DNA of 64,000 nt from Bacteroidota bacterium (GTDB taxonomy: Bacteria > Bacteroidota > Bacteroidia > Bacteroidales > WCHB1-69): positions 15,458-79,457 of the forward strand of contig JBAXTE010000003.1 in assembly GCA_037130365.1 (NCBI GenBank), read 5' to 3'. This document shows, piece after piece, positions 19,482-26,202 of this stretch (position 1 is its first letter; every line of letters starts with the position of its first letter). A program made the position numbers and the translations under genes. The notes beneath the pieces are model-generated. The model did not search any database, was not told the origin of the DNA, and saw only the letters and a list, made by a program, of their open reading frames with translations.

Positions 19482-20485
19482 GAAAAGTTAACTTTGATGC
19501 CCCTACAAATGCTAATATCTGGAACAATCTCTGTTTACTTAATGGCAATCTATTGCAATCAACATATTATGATAGTGTTCAAGATTTTTACCGACAAGAG
19601 CCAGTTTATATTGAATACTACGAAAAAGGAGAGCTTATTGCAGGTGCGAAACTATATCATTGGTATAGTAAAAAATTAAAAATTATAATTCCAAAAATTT
19701 CAAATTCTTATACTCAATTTGGAGAATTTTTGGTTCATCCAGATTGGATTATTGACGAAATAATTTTAGAAATAAACAATGGAATTAGAGCTTTTTTGAT
19801 TTCGGAAAAAGCAGTTTCCTATAGAGCATCAGGTTTTTATGGAAATCTAAACTTAATTTCTTCTTTTTCAAATAAAGCAAAAAGTAATGTAACTTATAAT
19901 GTTGCATATTTGGATTTAACCCAAAGTGAAGAGGTAATGCTTAAAGAGATGCATGTAAAACATCGGAATGTGCTAAACAAAGCAATTAAATGCCAATTGT
20001 CCTTTTCTGAATCTACTGATGTAAATGTGTTGATTGACATGATTGCAATAACTTATTCGGGACAAAAGAAAGATGCTCCAAATAGTGATTATATTAAAAA
20101 ATTGTTTCATTGTGCTATAAAAAACAACTTTGGGAAATTGTATGTTGTTAAAAATAACGAAGAAATTCTCTCAGTTGCATTTGTTCAATTCTTTGGAGTT
20201 GTTGCCGATTATACATTTGGAGGCAACAAGAAAAACAGCCTAGGTGCGGGTCAATTTTTACAATGGAATATCATTAAAAGCTTAAAAAACATTGGAATCC
20301 AAAAATATTCTCTAGGTCAGGTTGCAAAAGAGCTAGATGCTGAAAATTTGAAGTTTTCAGAAGGAATTTCAAAATATAAAATGAGATTTGGGTGTAATAC
20401 CATCGAGGCAAAATCTGTTTCATACATATTTAAACCAATTAGTTATAAATTATTTTCTCTTATGTTAAAACTGATAGTACACTAA
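19475..20485 (+). CDS. FemAB/GNAT-like (BioF2-like acetyltransferase domain) protein, possible aminoacyl or acyl transferase
   Basis: Size and layout, with KHRNVLNKAIK and YTFGGNKKNSLGAGQFLQW resembling FemAB-type peptidyl/aminoacyl transferases. Overlaps wbqC by 7 nt. Confidence 0.6.
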   Translation: MVRKVNFDAPTNANIWNNLCLLNGNLLQSTYYDSVQDFYRQEPVYIEYYEKGELIAGAKLYHWYSKKLKIIIPKISNSYTQFGEFLVHPDWIIDEIILEINNGIRAFLISEKAVSYRASGFYGNLNLISSFSNKAKSNVTYNVAYLDLTQSEEVMLKEMHVKHRNVLNKAIKCQLSFSESTDVNVLIDMIAITYSGQKKDAPNSDYIKKLFHCAIKNNFGKLYVVKNNEEILSVAFVQFFGVVADYTFGGNKKNSLGAGQFLQWNIIKSLKNIGIQKYSLGQVAKELDAENLKFSEGISKYKMRFGCNTIEAKSVSYIFKPISYKLFSLMLKLIVH

Positions 20486-20581
20486 TGGGTCTTTATGCCC
20501 ATAGTAGCTGACAAAATATTAAAACCATATATGAAACGTACTAATATAGGTATAGAATTAACAGTTTGAATTAAGAGGAGT

Positions 20582-20726
20582 TATTAACCACATAAGTGCA
20601 TCTATGCGAACTATGTGTTTTAAAAAAGAAGATTAACCACATAGGTACATAGGGAACTGAATCACATAGGTACATAAAAAAACTATATGAACTATGTGTC
20701 GTATTTAAACTATGTGAACTATGTGT
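20582..20726. repeat. Two tandem hairpin-module repeats (short copy 20582-20618, full copy 20631-20726) built from CACATAG / CTATGTG heptamers
   Basis: Each unit begins ATTAACCACATA(A/G)G and ends AACTATGTGTT. The full copy closely matches 21164-21260. Confidence 0.8.
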
Positions 20727-20748
20727 TTTTATAAGAAAAGAATATATC

Positions 20749-21156
20749 ATGACAAAAAAAGAAGTAGATGCATTAAGTTATAAGATAATTGGTTGTGCCA
20801 TTGAAGTGCATCGTTTTTTAGGTCCCGGATTGTTAGAATCGGTTTATGAAAAGTGTCTAATGCAAGAACTTGCTATCAATAGCATTAATTTCAAAACGCA
20901 GGTAAAGACAGATATTCATTATAAGGGAATAGAATTGAATACGGAATTACGCTTAGATTTATTAGTTGAAAATACAATTGTTGTGGAATTGAAAGCGGTA
21001 GAGGTTATGCACCCATTGTTTACAGCACAATTACTATCGTATATGAATATTTTGCAAAAACCAAAAGGAATTTTGATTAATTTTAACTGCGAAAATATAT
21101 TTAAGGAAGGTCAAAAGACATTGGTGAATAATCATTATGCAATGCTGGAGGATTAA
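20749..21156 (+). CDS. GxxExxY-family protein (PD-(D/E)XK-like fold)
   Basis: LGPGLLESVYEKCL contains the eponymous GxxExxY. 135 aa is the typical size. Confidence 0.9.
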   Translation: MTKKEVDALSYKIIGCAIEVHRFLGPGLLESVYEKCLMQELAINSINFKTQVKTDIHYKGIELNTELRLDLLVENTIVVELKAVEVMHPLFTAQLLSYMNILQKPKGILINFNCENIFKEGQKTLVNNHYAMLED

Positions 21157-21163
21157 GAATAAG

Positions 21164-21342
21164 ATTAAACACATAGGCAACATAGAGAACTGAACCACAT
21201 AGGTACATAGAAAAACCTATATGTTCTATGTGTTGATTTAAACTATGTGAACTATGTGTTTGAAAAAAGGAGATTAACCACTTAGGTATATAGGGAACTG
21301 AACCACATAGACACATAGAAAAACTACATGAACTATGTGTTT
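21164..21342. repeat. Two further tandem copies (21164-21260 full, 21273-21342 truncated) of the CACATAG/CTATGTG hairpin-module repeat
   Basis: Direct-orientation copies of the unit upstream of the GxxExxY gene, with the same start (ATTAA[A/C]CAC), the same GAACTGAA core and the same AACTATGTGTTTGAAAAAA end. Confidence 0.8.
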
Positions 21343-21356
21343 GAAAAAATAGAAAA

Positions 21357-22679
21357 ATGAAAAAAGTCCTAATTTTAGCTTACGATTTTCCCCCTTATGT
21401 TTCAGTTGGTGGCTTACGACCTTATGCCTGGTATAAATACTTGCATGAATTTGATGTAGAACCTATCGTTATTACTCGGCAATGGAGTAATGAACATGGT
21501 AATCATTTAGATTATATTTCGGCTAGCAAATCGAACAAAACGATAATTGAAACATCAGAAATTGGCACAATAATTAAAACGGCATATTCCCCAAATTTAG
21601 CAAACAGATTAATGCTTAGATATGGCGAATCTAGGTATAGCTTTTTCCGTAAAAGTATTTCCGCATATTATGAACTTACACAATGGTTTTGGAATATTGG
21701 CCCTAAGTCTAAACTATATTATGCTGCACGTGAATATTTAAGACAAAACAAAGTAGATACCATCATTGCTACCGGTGATCCATTTATCTTGTTTAAATAT
21801 GCCTCAAAATTGAGTCATTTATTTAACATTCCTTGGATTGCCGATTATAGAGATCCTTGGACCCAAGACAAAAGTAATAGTAGAAACATTATTTTCAAAA
21901 AACTAAATGAATTTTTTGAAAAAAAATATTTAAAAAATGTATCCCTAGTTACTACGGTATCCGAGTTTTTTACAGCTCAAATTTCTACTTTGGTGAAAAA
22001 AGAATTTATTATTATTCCCAACGGTTACAATCCAGAAGCTGTTAAAAAAATTAATGATGTTAAACCCGTGGATCTTTGTTTAAGAATAGGATTTGCAGGA
22101 ACAATTTATAAGTGGCATCCCATTGAAAGTTTTTTAAATGTTGTTTCCAATTTTTTATCTGAAAATGAAAATGCATTATTTGAAGTAAACTTTTATGGAA
22201 TAAATATACCTGACGAATTACAGGAACTACTTGAGACCCATTTCTCGAAAATTAAAAAGAACATCAATATTTACCCAAAAATATCGAATGATCTTCTTTT
22301 AATGGAATTAGCAAAAAACAATATTCTGTTATTATTTAATGACTATTCCATCATTGGTACAAAAATTTATGATTATATAGGCATCAAAAGGCCTGTTTTA
22401 CTTTGTTATGCAAATGATAAAGATGCTTTAATTCTTAAAGAAAAATACTATTCTGAAAATGAAGTTGAGGGATTTAGTCAACATTTACAAGAAGATTTAA
22501 TAATTGAAACAGAATCTGGGTATATAATACAAGACACAAATCATTTACGATTATTTTTAAATCAATTATATTTAGAATTTGTTCAAAAAGGGTTTGTTAA
22601 ATGTAATACTAAAAACAGTGAACTTTATTCAAGAAAAGAACAAACTAAGAAATTAGCAGAAATTATTACAAACATTTAA
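21357..22679 (+). CDS. Glycosyltransferase-like protein (GT-B / GT4-like), paralog 1
   Basis: The N-terminus ILAYDFPPYVSVGGLRP is typical of GT4-like N-domains. Close paralog of residues 1 to about 440 of the next ORF. Confidence 0.6.
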   Translation: MKKVLILAYDFPPYVSVGGLRPYAWYKYLHEFDVEPIVITRQWSNEHGNHLDYISASKSNKTIIETSEIGTIIKTAYSPNLANRLMLRYGESRYSFFRKSISAYYELTQWFWNIGPKSKLYYAAREYLRQNKVDTIIATGDPFILFKYASKLSHLFNIPWIADYRDPWTQDKSNSRNIIFKKLNEFFEKKYLKNVSLVTTVSEFFTAQISTLVKKEFIIIPNGYNPEAVKKINDVKPVDLCLRIGFAGTIYKWHPIESFLNVVSNFLSENENALFEVNFYGINIPDELQELLETHFSKIKKNINIYPKISNDLLLMELAKNNILLLFNDYSIIGTKIYDYIGIKRPVLLCYANDKDALILKEKYYSENEVEGFSQHLQEDLIIETESGYIIQDTNHLRLFLNQLYLEFVQKGFVKCNTKNSELYSRKEQTKKLAEIITNI

Positions 22680-22683
22680 ATCA

Positions 22684-25386
22684 ATGAAAAAAGCCCTTAT
22701 ATTAGCTTACGATTTCCCTCCTTATGTATCTGTGGGTGGGTTACGACCTTACAATTGGTATAAATATTTACATCTCTATGGAGTTGAACCTACTGTGGTT
22801 ACTCGACAATGGAGCAATGAGAATGGTAATCATTTAGATTATATTTCTAAAAGCGAAATGGATTATACGATTATTGAGAAATCCGAATTAGGTTCAATTA
22901 TTCGCACATCATACGCTCCAAATTTTGCAAATAGATTGATGTTAAAGTATGGAGAATCAAAATTTAGATTATTACGAAAGAGCGTATCGGGATATTTTGA
23001 ATTAATCCAATGGTTGAGCAACTCTGGACCTAAATCGCAACTCTATTTTGCAGCCAAAAATTATTTAAAAGAAAATAAAGTTGATGTAATAATTGCAACT
23101 GGCGACCCCTTTATTCTATTTAAATATGCTTCGAAATTAAGTAAAGAATTCGAAATTCCTTGGATAGCAGATTATAGAGACCCGTGGACCCACAATAAAA
23201 GTAATAGTAAAAATTTATTTTTAAAAATTTGGAATTATTATTTTGAAAAAAAGATAGTGAATACTTCAACAATGGTCATTACTGTCTCCGATTTTGTAAA
23301 AATAAAAATTAAGGATGTAGTTAACACTAAAAGGTTCTCAATATTACCGAATGGATACAACCCTGAAGCAATTGAAGGCGTTAATGAAGAAACACATAAA
23401 AATGACGAACTTAATATAAGTTTTGCAGGCACTAGTTATAAATGGCATCCTTTAGAAAGCTTTCTAGCAGTAATTTCAACTTTTATTTCACAAAACCCAA
23501 CGGCAAAATTGAAGTTGAATTTTTATGGAATTAATAATGCTGAAGATTTTAGAAAAATAATTAATACTCAATTTCCACAAATTAAACGAATTATTAATGT
23601 TTTTCCAAAAACACAAAATAACCTTCTTCTGAAAGAGTTAGCAAAGAGTCAACTAATGTTGCTTTTTAATGATTATTCCATAATAGGCACAAAAATATTT
23701 GATTATATTGGAATTAAAAGAGTGATATTGTTGTGTTATGCTAATGATCGTGATGCATTAAAACTAAAAGAAAAATATTATACGGTGGATGAAGTTCAAG
23801 ATATGAGCAATCATCTTCAGGAAGAGTTAATTAATCAAACAAATTCGGGGTATGTAGTTCAAGATGCAAGTCATTTGTTGAATTTGTTAAACGATCTATA
23901 TCTGGAGTTTAATCAAAACGGATTTATTAAGTGTAATACGATAAATGCAGAACAATATTCGAGAAAGGCACAGACAGGTGAATTGGCAAAAATCATAAAA
24001 GAGTTAGCGGTAGACTTAGCAGGATCGAGCGTGCAACGAAAATCCGAAGAGTTAAGTATTGAGAATGAGAGCTTGATTAATGGCGAAGAGAGCAAGGGAA
24101 GGGGTGAGCGCGAAGTTGGTCAAAAGAGTAACGGAGTGACGAATGACAAATTACAAGGTCTAAGTAGCCAATCCAGTTCTTCATTTCACGACGAATCTTC
24201 TCGAAACGAATCTTTTCACGAAAAATCTATTTGTCACACTGAACCTGTTGATGTGCACGTTTCAAGCTATCAACAATGTACTCGATGTGTTATGGATACT
24301 TCGGATGTGGATATTCGCTTTGACGAAAAAGGAGTGTGCAACCACTGTACAAATTATTTTGAACGGATTGCAAATCGGGTTTATCAGGGTGAAAAGAGTG
24401 ATGATGAACTATTACAAATAATTGCAAAAATTAAAAAATCTGGTAAGGGTAAAGAATACGATTGTGTTATTGGTGTAAGTGGAGGTATTGACAGTAGCTA
24501 CGTCGCGTATAAAGCGAAAAAACGTGGTTTAAGACCATTGTTAGTACATTTGGATAATGGTTGGAATTCTGAAATTTCGGTTAAAAATATCAAGAATTTG
24601 GCTAATATTTTGGGGTTCGATTACCAAAGTTTTGTCCTCGATTGGGAAGAATTTAGGGATATTCAATTGGCATTCCTTCGTGCTTCAATTCCAGAAATGG
24701 AAACGCCTACCGATATTGCTATACCTGGTGCATTACATCAAGTAGCAGCTAAATATGGGATTAAATATATCATCAGTGGTGGTAACTTTGCAACCGAAGG
24801 AATCTTGCCAAAAACATGGCATTATAACGCAAAGGACTTTAAATACTTTAAGCATATTCAAAAAACATTTGGGACTAAAAAAATCAAAAAATTCCCTTTC
24901 TTCGGGTGGAAAGAAGAAGCTTATTACAAGTTGGTAAAAGGCATTAAAATGGTTTACTTATTAAACTATGTACCATATAATAAACAAGAAGCCATGCAAA
25001 TACTTCAAGATGAACTTGGATGGCGCTATTATGGTGGCAAACATTACGAAAGCAAATACACTGGGTTTGTTCAATCATACATAATGCCCGAAAAATTTAA
25101 TATGGATTACCGAAGAGCAACACTTGCTACTCAAATTTGTACAGGCGAAGTCTCAAGAGAATTTGCACTTGAAGAGCTTACTCATAAATCGTATGATGCT
25201 GAGAAATCAAACGAAGAGAAAGAATATGTTTGCAAAAAACTAGGTATTACGACTCAAGAATTTGATAAAATAATGGGTGATTCTGCAAAAATTTATCGGG
25301 ATTACCCTAACGCAGAAAAAAATCTTGAGTTTATTTATAATATTTATAGAAAAACCTTTGGGAAACCAAGCTATAAAGAAGATTAA
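22684..25386 (+). CDS. Fusion protein: GT-B-like glycosyltransferase paralog 2 + low-complexity linker + N-acetyl-sugar amidotransferase (WbpG/PseA-type PP-loop)
   Basis: Residues 1 to about 440 align with the preceding ORF. The linker (nt about 24001-24265) is Ser/Glu/Gly-rich. The C-terminal part has the Zn-ribbon CTRCVMDTSD...CNHC and the PP-loop GVSGGIDSSY, paralogous to ORF 37741-38931. Confidence 0.8.
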   Translation: MKKALILAYDFPPYVSVGGLRPYNWYKYLHLYGVEPTVVTRQWSNENGNHLDYISKSEMDYTIIEKSELGSIIRTSYAPNFANRLMLKYGESKFRLLRKSVSGYFELIQWLSNSGPKSQLYFAAKNYLKENKVDVIIATGDPFILFKYASKLSKEFEIPWIADYRDPWTHNKSNSKNLFLKIWNYYFEKKIVNTSTMVITVSDFVKIKIKDVVNTKRFSILPNGYNPEAIEGVNEETHKNDELNISFAGTSYKWHPLESFLAVISTFISQNPTAKLKLNFYGINNAEDFRKIINTQFPQIKRIINVFPKTQNNLLLKELAKSQLMLLFNDYSIIGTKIFDYIGIKRVILLCYANDRDALKLKEKYYTVDEVQDMSNHLQEELINQTNSGYVVQDASHLLNLLNDLYLEFNQNGFIKCNTINAEQYSRKAQTGELAKIIKELAVDLAGSSVQRKSEELSIENESLINGEESKGRGEREVGQKSNGVTNDKLQGLSSQSSSSFHDESSRNESFHEKSICHTEPVDVHVSSYQQCTRCVMDTSDVDIRFDEKGVCNHCTNYFERIANRVYQGEKSDDELLQIIAKIKKSGKGKEYDCVIGVSGGIDSSYVAYKAKKRGLRPLLVHLDNGWNSEISVKNIKNLANILGFDYQSFVLDWEEFRDIQLAFLRASIPEMETPTDIAIPGALHQVAAKYGIKYIISGGNFATEGILPKTWHYNAKDFKYFKHIQKTFGTKKIKKFPFFGWKEEAYYKLVKGIKMVYLLNYVPYNKQEAMQILQDELGWRYYGGKHYESKYTGFVQSYIMPEKFNMDYRRATLATQICTGEVSREFALEELTHKSYDAEKSNEEKEYVCKKLGITTQEFDKIMGDSAKIYRDYPNAEKNLEFIYNIYRKTFGKPSYKED

Positions 25387-25433
25387 AAATTAAATAGCCA
25401 ATTAATACAAATTTGAAGATTTGAAAATGTGCT

Positions 25434-25476
25434 AATCCCACTAAAGCTGGACACACGCTAAAGCGTGGCAGGCAAG
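25434..25476. repeat. Dispersed short repeat (AATCCCACTAAAGCTGGACA...CGTGGCAGGCAAG), compact copy
   Basis: Reverse-complement similarity to 41733-41808 (ATCCCGCTAAAGCTGGACAAG ... CGTGGCAGGCA). A degenerate relative lies at 45968-45987. Confidence 0.55.
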
Positions 25477-26181
25477 TTGTGGTAATTAAGATAGCCAATG
25501 AGTTTGTAAAGTCTGAAAGCCGAAAGTCAAAAGTGAGATAGCGGAGATAGCAAATTGAGATAGCTGATTTGAAGATGGTTCGATTTGAATCCCGATTTAG
25601 ATTTTGTATGTTTTTTATAACAAAAAATCAACAAAAACTTTATCGGAATGAAGATTGGCGCGAAGCGTGTTTGAGAAGTTGCTTGATGCGGTGATTGAGA
25701 TGGCTAAATAAGTGTATAAAGTCCCGAAAAATAAAAATCTTTGATTTTTTAATTTTTCGTGGATCCTCGAAAAAACACGAAATTGGAAATTTCTTTTTTT
25801 TCGGGATCGAAAGTCCTTAAAGGAAGATAGCCAATTGAAATAGCAATTTTAAAAGTAGCTAAATTTCAATATTTTACTCCCCTTTTAGGGGTTGGGGGCA
25901 AAAAATATTGAAAATTTTATTTTTAAAAACAAATTGAGATAGCCCCGTTTTGCATTCCGCTTTGTCATGCTGATTCGTTAGCTAACGGAGAAGCATCTGT
26001 ATCGACAAAGCTCAAATTAAAGTGATGCTTTGTTGCCTCGCATGGAATAAAGTGAAGCATGTAGATAATCAATTAGAAAACAACTATTTATGCAACAATG
26101 TTTTCAACATTTCACCCTCGTCGAGTCGGGGCAAAAAATATTGAATATTTTCTTTAGACATTGAATAAGAAAAAATAATTT

Positions 26182-26189
26182 TATCTTTG
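26182..26189 (+). promoter_or_regulatory. Candidate -7 box TAnnTTTG (tatctttg)
   Basis: 14 nt upstream of the ATG at 26203, with a TTG 18 nt further upstream. Confidence 0.4.
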
Positions 26190-26202
26190 AAGAAAAAAAC
26201 TA

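Larger units (their letters stand above)
25387..26202. repeat. 815-nt non-coding island dense in short repeats (about ten (A/G)A(G/T)ATAGC motifs, hairpins, a duplicated GGGGCAAAAAATATTGAA box)
   Basis: No ORF of 60 aa or more on either strand. GAGATAGC occurs in tandem at 25535-25565 and is scattered at 25392, 25488, 25824, 25838 and 25936. GGGGCAAAAAATATTGAA lies at about 25896 and about 26128. An inverted repeat built on CCCGAAAAA lies at 25721-25815. Confidence 0.7.

Noticed and set aside
21101-21316. 71-aa minus-strand ORF downstream of the GxxExxY gene.
   Set aside because: It is a translation of the CACATAG/CTATGTG repeat units (repetitive MCLCGSV…YLCGSV) and overlaps the GxxExxY 3' end.
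22684-25386. The possibility that the 900-aa fusion is purely an assembly or sequencing artefact.
   Set aside because: This cannot be excluded without reads. However, roughly 265 nt of linker stays open in an AT-rich genome and no single indel restores a stop at the paralog's end position, so I kept it as a real fusion with a caveat.
25535-25565. A possible CRISPR array or other regular array, suggested by the tandem GAGATAGC motifs and by the CACATAG repeats at 20.6 and 21.2 kb.
   Set aside because: The units are only 7-13 nt (or roughly 97 nt without unique spacers), irregularly spaced and degenerate, and no cas genes are present.
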